Below, piece after piece: positions 1 to 9,499 of a DNA stretch of 64,000 nucleotides. Numbering within the stretch: the stretch's first letter is position 1; every line of letters starts with the position of its first letter. The notes under the pieces were generated by a model. It searched no databases, was not told where the DNA came from, and worked only from the letters and a program-made list of their open reading frames with translations. This stretch comes from a virus: IMG/VR virus record IMGVR_UViG_3300027969_000046. One strand, written 5' to 3'. Made by a program: the position numbers and the translations under genes.

Positions 1-419
1 TTTCTTCTGATGTAGCTTCTGCTTTCGCAATGGCTGGTTTACTTGACTACAACTCTGCGTTGAATAGCCAAATTAACTTGACAGTTGACGATACAGGTAA
101 CACATTCGCTGGTACAATGTTTGGTCGTATCAAGGTTTATATTGACCCATATGCACAAACATCTTCAACTAATGAGTTTGCAGTTGTTGGTTTCAAAGGC
201 ACTAATGCTTATGATGCTGGTCTGTTCTATTGCCCATACGTTCCGTTACAAATGGTTCGTGCAGTTGATACAGGTACTTTCCAACCTAAGATTGGTTTCA
301 AGACCCGTTACGGTCTAGTTGCTAACCCATTCGCAGAAGGTACAAGTCAAGGTCTTGGCGCTTTGACTGTTCAATCAAACAACTACTATCGTTCATTCGT
401 AGTTGCGAACATTATGTAA
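1..419 (+). CDS. gp23: Major capsid protein gp23, C-terminal part (gene begins before the window)
   Basis: T4-type capsid C-terminal motifs YDAGLFYCPYVPLQMVRAV and FQPKIGFKTRYG. Confidence 0.97.
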   Translation, partial: SSDVASAFAMAGLLDYNSALNSQINLTVDDTGNTFAGTMFGRIKVYIDPYAQTSSTNEFAVVGFKGTNAYDAGLFYCPYVPLQMVRAVDTGTFQPKIGFKTRYGLVANPFAEGTSQGLGALTVQSNNYYRSFVVANIM

Positions 420-447
420 TTAAAAACTCCGTTAAGAGAGTTATTAG

Positions 448-474
448 AGAGGCACTTCGGTGCCTCTTTTTTTT
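448..474 (+). terminator. Intrinsic terminator after gp23
   Basis: AGAGGCAC-TTCG-GTGCCTCT stem with C(UUCG)G tetraloop, then a T-run. Confidence 0.93.
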
Positions 475-479
475 GGCTT

Positions 480-487
480 TATAAATA
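480..487 (+). promoter_or_regulatory. T4-type late (gp55) promoter
   Basis: Exact TATAAATA, 5 nt before the gp3 ATG. Confidence 0.85.
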
Positions 488-492
488 CAGAT

Positions 493-1038
493 ATGACAGC
501 AATCAATTCAAAACCAGCTAATCCAAACTTTTTACATCCAAATAAGTTCCAATTGAGCTTTAGTAGGTTGCCAGATATGCAATACTTCTGCCAAGCAGTA
601 AGTGTTCCTGGTATTTCAATGTCTGAAGTTCCACAAAATACACCATTTGTAGATTTGTATAGACCAGGCGAAAAGGCCATCTATGACCTATTAAATGTAA
701 CTTTTATGATTGATGAAGAACTAAAGGCTTGGTTAGGCATACATGATTGGATTCGTGGCATGACTTTTCCAACCGACTTCAAAGAATATCAAAATCTAGG
801 GTTGTTAAGTAAGACTGCCGGCATTCGTCAATCTGTTGGCTTACAACCTCAATATTCTGACGCTAGTATTACCATACTTTCATCGGCAAATAATCCAACA
901 TATAGATTTACTTTCTATGAAGTTTTCCCTACCACACTATCGACTTTTGTTATGTCGGCATCTGATACACCAGATACCATAATGACTGCCGATGCCACAT
1001 TCAGATATTCCTATTTTAATGTTGACAAACTAGATTAA
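493..1038 (+). CDS. gp3: Tail completion / tube terminator protein gp3-like
   Basis: NFLHPNKFQL...QYFCQAVSVPGIS...DATFRYSYF pattern and position after gp23; start moved to ATG 493 because the longer ORF overlaps the terminator. Confidence 0.85.
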   Translation: MTAINSKPANPNFLHPNKFQLSFSRLPDMQYFCQAVSVPGISMSEVPQNTPFVDLYRPGEKAIYDLLNVTFMIDEELKAWLGIHDWIRGMTFPTDFKEYQNLGLLSKTAGIRQSVGLQPQYSDASITILSSANNPTYRFTFYEVFPTTLSTFVMSASDTPDTIMTADATFRYSYFNVDKLD

Positions 1039-1050
1039 CTGTGATACACT
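1022..1050 (+). promoter_or_regulatory. sigma70-type promoter for uvsY-uvsW
   Basis: TTGACA-17 nt-TACACT with TG extension. Confidence 0.65.
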
Positions 1051-1069
1051 CCTATAAGGAGGATTTGTA

Positions 1070-1504
1070 ATGAATAAACTTGATGAATTATTAGAAATGT
1101 GGGCAAAAGATTCTGTCATTGATAGAACTGAGCCAGGTAAAGAACTTACCAATATTCCACAACTGCATAGTAAATACTTGAACATACTTTCAAGGCATCG
1201 CCTACTGGCAAAAGAAGCCGAGTTCAAGTATAACAGAATGAAGAAAGTAAAGTGGGAATACTATACAGGTAAAATGGATGATGAATCTCTTAGACAACAT
1301 GGATGGGAACCATTTCCATTTGTATTGAAATCCGAAATTACTACATACTTTGATAGTGATGAAGATTTAAATCGTTTAATAGCAAGTAAGATGTTACACG
1401 ATGAAATCGTAGATGTGTGCCAAAGTATTCTTAAAGAACTAAACTCACGCACATTCCAACTTCGTGATTTTATAGCATGGGAAAGATTCATACAAGGTGT
1501 CTGA
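1070..1504 (+). CDS. uvsY: Recombination mediator UvsY
   Basis: IPQLHSKYL...KWEYYTGK motifs; synteny with uvsW; AGGAGG RBS. Confidence 0.9.
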   Translation: MNKLDELLEMWAKDSVIDRTEPGKELTNIPQLHSKYLNILSRHRLLAKEAEFKYNRMKKVKWEYYTGKMDDESLRQHGWEPFPFVLKSEITTYFDSDEDLNRLIASKMLHDEIVDVCQSILKELNSRTFQLRDFIAWERFIQGV

Positions 1505-2963
1505 TATTAGATTAGAGAAAGTTAATGAGGCTTATATTCGTGTTCATTGTGAACGCAACATAGCTCAAGAACTTTCCGATTACTTCACATTTTATGTGCC
1601 TGGTCATCAATTCACTCCTGCATTTAAAGCAAGATATTGGGATGGCAAAATAAGATTATTGGATTTACGAACCATGGGAATTTACCATGGTTTGGTTCCA
1701 TACATTCAAAAGTTTTGTGATGAAAGACAATATCAAGTAGAAGTAGATTCTGAAGTATCACTCACAGAAAACTTCTCAATTGCAGAGGCTAATGAGTTTA
1801 TTAAGACACTTGGTTTACCACATGAGCCAAGAGATTATCAAATCAATTCTTTTGTTCATGCAATTCGTAATAAAAGAATTCTATTACTATCACCTACAGC
1901 TTCAGGTAAATCATTAATACAATATCTTATTCTTAGAATGATACAGGACATGGACCACAAAAAAGGTCTGTTGATTGTTCCAACTACTTCATTGGTAGAA
2001 CAGATGTATTCAGACTTTGTATCATATGGGTATGATTCTGAAAAGTATTGTCACCGACAGTATGCAGGTAAAGACAAGGTGACAGATAAGTTTTTGACCA
2101 TTACTACATGGCAATCTATCTACAAGAACCCACCAGAATACTTTGAACAGTTTGACTTTGTGTTGGGTGACGAAGCACATCAGTTTAAAGCCAAATCATT
2201 AACAACTATTCTATCAGGTTGCACCAATGCCAAGTATCGTATTGGTTGCACAGGCACATTAGATGGTACACAAACACACAAACTAGTATTAGAAGGTTTG
2301 TTTGGTCCAGTTTACAAAGCAACATCAACTTCAGAACTGATTGATAAAGGCCAATTGGCTGCATTTAAGATTAAGTGTTTGATTCTTAAATATCCTGAAG
2401 CAGTCTGTAAGATTGCTCGTGATTGGGACTACAATACTGAAGTTGAATATATAGTTATGAACAAGGCTAGAAATGAGTTTATCAAAAACCTAGTCTTATC
2501 TTTAAAAGGTAATTCTCTAGTGCTATTCCAATTTGTTGAGAAGCATGGTAAAGATTTACACAATATAATCCAAGAACAGGCGAAAGGTCGCCAAGTTTTC
2601 TTTGTCTATGGAGGCACCGACGTCGATGTCAGAGAATCAATCCGTGCAATTACGGAGAAAGAGAAAGATGCTATCATCGTTGCTTCTTACGGCACTTTTT
2701 CTACTGGCGTTAACATACGAAATCTTCACAATATCATCTTTGCTTCCCCGTCAAAGTCCCGTGTTAGAAATCTTCAGTCGATTGGTCGTGGGCTTCGTTT
2801 AGGAGATGATAAAGAAGAAGCAACACTATTTGATATATCTGATGACTTCCGTATAGGCAAATTTGCCAATTACACCTTGAAACATTTTATTGAGCGTGTT
2901 AAAATATACGATGAAGAAAAGTTCAACTATAAATTTTATAACATAGAGCTAAAAAATGGATAA
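1497..2963 (+). CDS. uvsW: SF2 helicase UvsW
   Basis: SPTASGKS Walker A, DEAH, QSIGRGLR. Confidence 0.96.
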   Translation: MSDIRLEKVNEAYIRVHCERNIAQELSDYFTFYVPGHQFTPAFKARYWDGKIRLLDLRTMGIYHGLVPYIQKFCDERQYQVEVDSEVSLTENFSIAEANEFIKTLGLPHEPRDYQINSFVHAIRNKRILLLSPTASGKSLIQYLILRMIQDMDHKKGLLIVPTTSLVEQMYSDFVSYGYDSEKYCHRQYAGKDKVTDKFLTITTWQSIYKNPPEYFEQFDFVLGDEAHQFKAKSLTTILSGCTNAKYRIGCTGTLDGTQTHKLVLEGLFGPVYKATSTSELIDKGQLAAFKIKCLILKYPEAVCKIARDWDYNTEVEYIVMNKARNEFIKNLVLSLKGNSLVLFQFVEKHGKDLHNIIQEQAKGRQVFFVYGGTDVDVRESIRAITEKEKDAIIVASYGTFSTGVNIRNLHNIIFASPSKSRVRNLQSIGRGLRLGDDKEEATLFDISDDFRIGKFANYTLKHFIERVKIYDEEKFNYKFYNIELKNG

Positions 2964-3384
2964 TATTAAAATACTAAGATTACAAAGTGGCGAAGATGTT
3001 ATTGCAGATTATACACAGGTTGAAGGTGATGCATCGGTATTGCTAACCAATCCAATGTGTTTAATCTTTAAAAGAATGCCTACTGGCAGAGCAGTCATGT
3101 TGATGAGTCCTTGGTTGCCATTAGAACTGGTAGAAAAGAATGAAGCTTGGTTGTTTGAAGCAGATATACTTTCAGTCTTTCAACCTAAGGCACAGATTAT
3201 TGAATACTATACTACCTCTGTGAAAGAAGTGCAAGAGGATATGTTACAAGAAGAAATGCACGGAGAATCTCTAACAGATATATCTGATGAGTATGATGAT
3301 GAGATGTCCGAAGAAGAAGAACTGCAGGCAATGGAAGAATTAGAAGAACTTAGGAAGGATGTAAAGAAGAAGTTATTACATTAA
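2956..3384 (+). CDS. Conserved T4-like hypothetical protein (Sm-like N-terminus, acidic tail)
   Basis: IKILRLQSGEDVIA start; usual position after uvsW. Confidence 0.7.
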   Translation: MDNIKILRLQSGEDVIADYTQVEGDASVLLTNPMCLIFKRMPTGRAVMLMSPWLPLELVEKNEAWLFEADILSVFQPKAQIIEYYTTSVKEVQEDMLQEEMHGESLTDISDEYDDEMSEEEELQAMEELEELRKDVKKKLLH

Positions 3385-3497
3385 TCTGAAAACGGAACAC
3401 CGCTAATGTAACACTTGTCAAGTAGTAAATGAGGCAATAGTAAGCAATATATCCTTAATTGCTTGCTTTATAAGAAATTTGTGATATAATGATTGAT

Positions 3498-3911
3498 ATG
3501 TTAGAATATAATGATGACAACTTAAAGAAAGTATCAGAGCTGATTTTAAAGAATCTCAGCTCTGATTTGCTTCCTAGGTCTTGGTTGGATAAGAATGAAA
3601 TCAATCTTACATTCGGACATTGCCACAATGCAGCAGGTTGTTTGTATAAGGTATTTGGATCCAAAGCACTTAATATGTACCGAGGATTTGATGGTGAAAT
3701 ATATCATTGGTGGGTTCAAGACAAGGCAGGTAAGATAATTGATTTAACTGCTGACCAGTATTATTCCAAAGGTAGAGTTCCTCCGTATGACAAGGCTGAG
3801 AAAGCAGGTTTGCTTGGCTTTGAATACAAAAAAAGAGTGCTTGAGTTGTTTCGTAGAGTTACCATCGAATTGAGTGGTAAAAAATTAGGACTATTAGAAT
3901 ATTATGAGTAA
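3498..3911 (+). CDS. Hypothetical protein, possible papain/transglutaminase-like fold
   Basis: GHC...HWW...IIDLTADQY (Cys-His-Asp order); start at 3498 fits the upstream promoter. Confidence 0.6.
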   Translation: MLEYNDDNLKKVSELILKNLSSDLLPRSWLDKNEINLTFGHCHNAAGCLYKVFGSKALNMYRGFDGEIYHWWVQDKAGKIIDLTADQYYSKGRVPPYDKAEKAGLLGFEYKKRVLELFRRVTIELSGKKLGLLEYYE

Positions 3912-4464
3912 AAAACACTATGTCAACAATGCTGACTTTCTAGCATCTCTGATTGATTATAAAAAGAGATGTAAAGAGGCAGCACAGAATGATAAAGAAG
4001 ATCCACCAATCCCAAATTATGTTGGTGAATGTTTCCTTAAAATTGCAGAACATCTATCCCGTAAGCCTAACTTTGTATCGTATTCATTCCGTGATGAAAT
4101 GATTGCAGATGGTATTGAGAACTGTATTCAATACTTCCGTAACTTTGACGAAACGAAATCAAAGAACCCATTTGCTTACTTCACACAGATTATTTACTTT
4201 GCTTTCTTGCGTAGGATTACCAAAGAAAAAAAACAGTTGTATGTCAAGTATAAGGCAACACAACAGTTTGGTTTACTAGGCGAAGGTGAAATGTATGAGG
4301 ACGCTGAAGGCAATATGCAACAGTTTGTCCTGTATGATAACATCGCAGAGTTCATTGAAACCTTTGAAGATGCCAAAGAAAAGAAAAAGAAAGCAAAAAC
4401 TAAAGGCCTAGAAAAGTTCCTTGATGCCGAAGAAATCATTTCAGAGGATGATTTGAAGGAATGA
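3904..4464 (+). CDS. gp55: Late transcription sigma factor gp55
   Basis: HYVNNADF, NFVSYSFRDEMIADGIENC, NPFAYFTQIIYFAFLRRI. Confidence 0.96.
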   Translation: MSKKHYVNNADFLASLIDYKKRCKEAAQNDKEDPPIPNYVGECFLKIAEHLSRKPNFVSYSFRDEMIADGIENCIQYFRNFDETKSKNPFAYFTQIIYFAFLRRITKEKKQLYVKYKATQQFGLLGEGEMYEDAEGNMQQFVLYDNIAEFIETFEDAKEKKKKAKTKGLEKFLDAEEIISEDDLKE

Positions 4465-5528
4465 AGATTGCTTTGATAAATGATACTCATGCAGGTGCTC
4501 GTGGTGATGACCCACGATTTAATGAATACTTCTTTAAGTTTTGGGAAGGCACATTCTTTCCTTACCTTGAAGAACATAACATTAAACATATTTGCCATTT
4601 AGGTGATGTTGTTGACCGCAGAAAGTTTATTAACTTTGTAACTCTTAATTCATGGCGTAAACGATTCTTTGATGTTATCAGAGATAAGGGTATTCAAATG
4701 GATGTGATTGTTGGTAACCATGATGTTACTTACAAAAACACCAATGAGATTAATGCCATGCATGAGTTGTTTGACCATTATAATAACATTAATGTTTATA
4801 CAGAAGCACTAGACATTGAATATGATGGTTGTAATGTAGCTATGGTACCATGGATTAATTCTGGTAACTATGAACAGACATTACAATATTTGAAAGATAC
4901 TAAAGCACAAGTTGTATTTGGCCACTTTGAGATTGCGGGTTTTGAAATGGACAGAGGCAACATCTGTCATACAGGTATGGACAAATCTTTGTTTGATAGA
5001 TTTGATACCGTGTTATCAGGACACTTTCATCACAAGTCAACAAGTGGCAACATCACATATCTTGGTAATCAATATGAAATCACTTGGGCTGATTATAATG
5101 ACCCTCGTGGTTTTCATGTGTTTGATACCGAAACAAGAGAAATTACTTTTGTTCAAAATTTGAACAAAATGTTCCATAAAATTAGTTATGATGATGGTGC
5201 AACAGACTTTGAATATTGGAAATCATATGACTATGCCTCATTAAAAGATGCCTATGTCAAAGTTGTTGTATTGAATAAACAGAATCCTTACCTGTTTGAT
5301 AACATGGTAGATAATCTTTACAAGGCAGGAGTTGGTGATATCTCAATCGTTGAGGACTTTACCGAAACTATTGTAGAGAACGACCAAGATTTAATTGACC
5401 AGGCAGAAGATACGATGACTATCCTATCCAAGTATATTGATAACCTCACTTTAGCTGTGGATAATGATAAACTTAAAACTTTAATGAAAGAGCTTTATGT
5501 TGAAGCTCTCACTACCGAAACTGAATGA
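4461..5528 (+). CDS. gp47: Recombination endonuclease gp47 (Mre11/SbcD-like)
   Basis: DTH, GDVVDRR, GNHD, GHFH phosphoesterase motifs. Confidence 0.95.
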   Translation: MKIALINDTHAGARGDDPRFNEYFFKFWEGTFFPYLEEHNIKHICHLGDVVDRRKFINFVTLNSWRKRFFDVIRDKGIQMDVIVGNHDVTYKNTNEINAMHELFDHYNNINVYTEALDIEYDGCNVAMVPWINSGNYEQTLQYLKDTKAQVVFGHFEIAGFEMDRGNICHTGMDKSLFDRFDTVLSGHFHHKSTSGNITYLGNQYEITWADYNDPRGFHVFDTETREITFVQNLNKMFHKISYDDGATDFEYWKSYDYASLKDAYVKVVVLNKQNPYLFDNMVDNLYKAGVGDISIVEDFTETIVENDQDLIDQAEDTMTILSKYIDNLTLAVDNDKLKTLMKELYVEALTTETE

Positions 5529-7237
5529 TATTATTTCGTAAAATTAAATGGAAAAACCTGTTAAGTACCGGCAACCATTTTACAGAATTACAATTTGATA
5601 AATCACCAAACACATTAATTGTAGGCAGTAATGGTGCAGGTAAATCCACAATGCTTGATGCGTTGTGTTTTGTCCTGTTCGGCAAGCCGTTTCGTGCCGT
5701 GAATAAACCATTGTTGTTGAACTCAATTAATAATAAAGATTGTGTGGTTGAAGTTGAGTTTGATACAGGTAACAAACACTATAAGATTGTTCGTGGTATT
5801 AAGCCAAACATCTTTGAAATCTGGTGTGATGGTGAAATGATTAATCAAGAAGCGGCAGTCAAAGACTACCAAGAACACCTTGAAAAATTTATTCTAAAAT
5901 TAAACTATAAGTCATTTACTCAGATTGTTATTTTGGGTAGTGCTTCGTTTACACCATTCATGCAGTTGCCACCTGCTCATCGTAGAGAGATTATTGAGGA
6001 CTTACTTGATATCCAAATCTTCTCTGCCATGAATAACATTCTTAAAGATAAGGTAATCAATAATAAAGACCTTACTACAAATAAGAAATATGATATTGAT
6101 TTAGGTCAGCAAAAGTATGACCTACAAAAGAAACATCTTGATGGTCTGAAACAAAACAATGATGAAAAGGTAAAAGAATATGATAGTGAGATACAGACTA
6201 ATACGACTACCATTTCCACCTTGGCTGAACAGATTGAAGAATACTCAATCGCTGTCGCCGAGTTACAGTTATTGGTTGATGCCAAGAGTGAAACAGAGGC
6301 TAAGGTCAAGAAGATTACAAAACTTGAATCGCAGATTGAAAGCAACTTATCTAAATTTCGAAAAGATATCAGTTTCTTTCAACACAATGACGATTGTCCA
6401 ACGTGTCGGCAGGCCATTGCCTTGGAGTTCAAAGAGAAAGAACTTGGCGTGCTTACCACCAAGGTTACAGAATGTGACCATGGTTTAACACAACTAGAAC
6501 AGAAATTATTGGAAGAACAAGCAAAGTTAAATTCTATCAACGAAACTCAAAAGAAGATTCAGGCATTACAGATTAAAATTGCTACCAATAACACTTCTAT
6601 TACCGAAACAAACAAATACATTAAGCGCTTAGAGAAACAGTTAGAAGAACTTAAAACAAATACAACCTCTACTGAAAAAGAAGAACAAGAGTTAGCATCT
6701 ATAAATGAAACATTGAAACAGTTAAAAATTGATTTGAATGCTCTTATAGATGAGAAAACATATTATGAAGTGGCTGCAGGTCTATTAAAAGATACTGGTA
6801 TCAAAACAAAGATTATTAAACAATATTTACCAATCATTAACAAATTAGTAAACAAGTATCTGGCTTCATTTGACTTCTTTGTGAACTTTAATCTTGATGA
6901 ATCATTCAAAGAGACCATTAAGTCCAGACACCGTGATGATTTTACCTATGCTTCTTTTAGTGAGGGTGAGAAACAAAAGATTGACTTGGCATTATTGTTT
7001 AGTTGGCGTGCTGTTGCCAAATTAAAGAACTCTGCCAATACTAATCTGTTAATTTTGGATGAAGTGTTTGATTCTAGTTTGGATACCAATGGTACAGAAT
7101 ACTTAATGAACATTCTCCATATGCTAGAAGGCACAAATGTATTTGTTATTTCTCATAAGGGTGATATACTACAAGATAAATTCCGTAGTGTAATTCGTTT
7201 TGAGAAGGTAAAGAATTTTTCGAGGATTGTAAAATGA
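5525..7237 (+). CDS. gp46: Recombination ATPase gp46 (Rad50/SbcC-like)
   Basis: GSNGAGKS, CPTC zinc hook, FSEGEK signature, LILDEVFD. Confidence 0.96.
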   Translation: MILFRKIKWKNLLSTGNHFTELQFDKSPNTLIVGSNGAGKSTMLDALCFVLFGKPFRAVNKPLLLNSINNKDCVVEVEFDTGNKHYKIVRGIKPNIFEIWCDGEMINQEAAVKDYQEHLEKFILKLNYKSFTQIVILGSASFTPFMQLPPAHRREIIEDLLDIQIFSAMNNILKDKVINNKDLTTNKKYDIDLGQQKYDLQKKHLDGLKQNNDEKVKEYDSEIQTNTTTISTLAEQIEEYSIAVAELQLLVDAKSETEAKVKKITKLESQIESNLSKFRKDISFFQHNDDCPTCRQAIALEFKEKELGVLTTKVTECDHGLTQLEQKLLEEQAKLNSINETQKKIQALQIKIATNNTSITETNKYIKRLEKQLEELKTNTTSTEKEEQELASINETLKQLKIDLNALIDEKTYYEVAAGLLKDTGIKTKIIKQYLPIINKLVNKYLASFDFFVNFNLDESFKETIKSRHRDDFTYASFSEGEKQKIDLALLFSWRAVAKLKNSANTNLLILDEVFDSSLDTNGTEYLMNILHMLEGTNVFVISHKGDILQDKFRSVIRFEKVKNFSRIVK

Positions 7238-7425
7238 GTGAGTTTAAAAAGTTGCATGAGTTTACCGATGGCAACAAAACGGGACAAGTGTTCTTTACAA
7301 ATATTGGCAATCATAGGTTTATGGCCTTGCTTTATCAGGCTGATTTAGATTATAATGATGCTCAGTATTTTATAACAGAACAAGATGCCGAAGATTGTGC
7401 AGAAAATTGGGTGATGAACAAATGA
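7234..7425 (+). CDS. Hypothetical protein
   Basis: Coupled by ATGA overlaps on both sides. Confidence 0.7.
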   Translation: MSEFKKLHEFTDGNKTGQVFFTNIGNHRFMALLYQADLDYNDAQYFITEQDAEDCAENWVMNK

Positions 7426-7997
7426 GTGAAGAATTTATTATTGACACAGGCGCAGCCGTAGCTGAAGCCGAAAATATTACACCATTGCCATTGTTTGATG
7501 AGAATCATCCAATGTTAAAACAACCTATTCCAGTATTTGATGTTTATAAATTGCCAAGTCCTTTAACAACTAAACTTATTAAACGACTAAAGATGACTAT
7601 GAAATTACACAATGGTCTTGGTCTATCGGCAAATCAATGTGGTGTATTTGAAAGACTTTTTGTTATTGGTAGTGGTGACGATGTTTGGGCTTGTATTAAT
7701 CCAGAAATTCTTGCAACTTCGGATGATATTGTTAAAGACAAAGAAGGTTGCCTCTCTTTTCCAGGTTTATCTGTTATAATAGACAGACCAAGTTGGATTG
7801 AAGTTCAATACTTTGAAGAAAATGGAAAACAAGTTCAGAAGCGTTTTGAAGGCTTAACGGCAAGATGTTTTCAACATGAACTAGACCATATGAATGGCAT
7901 TCGTATGATTGATAAAGTTAAACCACTTGCATTACAAATGGCAAGAGATAGACAAAAGAAACTAATTAAGAAATTTATGAGATTACATAAACAATGA
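7422..7997 (+). CDS. def: Peptide deformylase
   Basis: GLGLSANQ, EGCLS, QHELDH motifs. Confidence 0.95.
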   Translation: MSEEFIIDTGAAVAEAENITPLPLFDENHPMLKQPIPVFDVYKLPSPLTTKLIKRLKMTMKLHNGLGLSANQCGVFERLFVIGSGDDVWACINPEILATSDDIVKDKEGCLSFPGLSVIIDRPSWIEVQYFEENGKQVQKRFEGLTARCFQHELDHMNGIRMIDKVKPLALQMARDRQKKLIKKFMRLHKQ

Positions 7998-9325
7998 TTG
8001 ATGCAAAAGCAGATATAGAAGAACAGTACCGCCAATGGCAGGAAGAAAATCCTGCTGAATCGTGGGTTGATGTTGATGAGAATGTTCTCAAAGAACAGGT
8101 TATCAACGACCTCTCCTATGTTTCAAAGATGGATGTAAAAGAATATACTCTGTATCAGAAGTGGTGTGAAGTAAAAGAGAAGTATCCCACGGTTGTTAAT
8201 CATACATTGTTCGGTGAAGAAACACAATTAGTTGACCCTAACCAACAGAAAGTTGTTGATGAAGTAAAAGATTCTATTTGGATCCCACAAACAGCCGAAG
8301 ATTATCTTAACCTTGAACCTGTGTTAGAATACACAGATGATTCTGGTAAAGATATGCAGATTGGTATTGATGGTTCTTCATTTGAAGTTGAGAAGAAAAG
8401 AAGCAAAGACTTACCTGAAAGATGGAATACTGTTCGTAATTTCATTTCAACAATGAAGAACAACAGTAACATTGGTCGCAACCTAAACTTCTTGGTTCGT
8501 GACCAGGTCACTAATAAGTATCTAGGTGTCATCTGCATATCATCTGACTTCTTAGACCTTACTCCTCGTGATGAAGTGATTGGTTGGCCTCGTGAACTAA
8601 AGACACAAGGCAGTATGATTAATCACACGGCAATCGGTTCTACTATTGTGCCATTCCAACCACTAGGTTTTAATTATGTTGGTGGCAAGTTACTTGCTTT
8701 ACTTTGTTTATCTGACGAAGTGCAAAGACTTTGGAAGAAACAATATGGTGATGTATTAGTTGGTGTAACAACAACATCATTGTATGGTAGAACAAAGGTT
8801 GATGGTCTATCACAGTATGATAACCTTGACCATTGGCAGAAGATGGGCTTCACGGCAGGTTCAGTATCATTTGAACCAAGTAGAGAAGTCCGTGGCAATA
8901 TCATTAATTGGTTAAAGAAGAATCATACTCGTAAATACTTTGAATGGTATGTTGCAAAGAAACCATCAGGTCAACCATACAAGCGTGACCATAAGAATCG
9001 CTCACTAGGTTTCACTTATAGTAAACTAGGTATTCCTAAAGAGTTGATTAGAACTGACCATGCTCGAGGCATTTACTTTTCACCATTGTATGATAACTCT
9101 TATGAGTTTCTCCGTGGTGAAATCAAAGAAGAACAGTTGGTAAAATCATTTGATACCAGTTACAAGGCCTTAGTTGACATTTGGAAAATCAAACACGCTA
9201 AAGGTCGTATCAAACAGTTGATGAAGAAAGACAGAGTATCATATGAAACATTATTCTATGATGACCTAATCTATCTTACATGGGAAGAAACAAAAGCCAA
9301 ATATCTGGCACAAGTTGGTAGATAA
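7994..9325 (+). CDS. DUF4338/DruA-like protein, probable GNAT/Mom-like fold (paralog 1)
   Basis: GRNLNFLVRD..TNKYLGVI, VPFQPLGFNYVGGKLLA, TTTSLYG..SQY..W..MGFT; clearly homologous to 29918..31030; family name is from recall. Confidence 0.65.
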   Translation: MIDAKADIEEQYRQWQEENPAESWVDVDENVLKEQVINDLSYVSKMDVKEYTLYQKWCEVKEKYPTVVNHTLFGEETQLVDPNQQKVVDEVKDSIWIPQTAEDYLNLEPVLEYTDDSGKDMQIGIDGSSFEVEKKRSKDLPERWNTVRNFISTMKNNSNIGRNLNFLVRDQVTNKYLGVICISSDFLDLTPRDEVIGWPRELKTQGSMINHTAIGSTIVPFQPLGFNYVGGKLLALLCLSDEVQRLWKKQYGDVLVGVTTTSLYGRTKVDGLSQYDNLDHWQKMGFTAGSVSFEPSREVRGNIINWLKKNHTRKYFEWYVAKKPSGQPYKRDHKNRSLGFTYSKLGIPKELIRTDHARGIYFSPLYDNSYEFLRGEIKEEQLVKSFDTSYKALVDIWKIKHAKGRIKQLMKKDRVSYETLFYDDLIYLTWEETKAKYLAQVGR

Positions 9326-9349
9326 TTAGGCAATGCTTTAAAAAAGCGC

Positions 9350-9378
9350 TTGATTTTCAAATAAAAAGCATATATAAT
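9350..9378 (+). promoter_or_regulatory. sigma70 promoter for the tRNA-like RNA
   Basis: TTGATT-17 nt-TATAAT with A-rich upstream sequence. Confidence 0.8.
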
Positions 9379-9394
9379 TATATACACAGAATAT

Positions 9395-9461
9395 GCGGTG
9401 GTTGTAGAACAGTTTGGGTGTCCAACTCAGGCGCTATGTGCGAATCATAGACACCGCTCCA
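9395..9461 (+). tRNA. Non-canonical tRNA-Gly(TCC)-like RNA with truncated D-arm
   Basis: Acceptor stem GCGGTG/CACCGC, discriminator T, encoded CCA; T-arm CTATG-TGCGAAT-CATAG; anticodon arm with loop TGTCCAA; only 67 nt. Confidence 0.85.
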
Positions 9462-9499
9462 ATTTTTCAAATAAATCTCCATTTATCGTTGAAAAGACT

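Noticed and set aside
7994-9325. A complete Druantia defence system
   Set aside because: No DruE-like large helicase or other Dru genes in the window; only the DUF4338-like domain is present.
9395-9461. tmRNA fragment or decayed tRNA pseudogene
   Set aside because: No G3.U70 alanine determinant or tag ORF. Intact stems, CCA, promoter and terminator argue against simple decay, though decay is not excluded.
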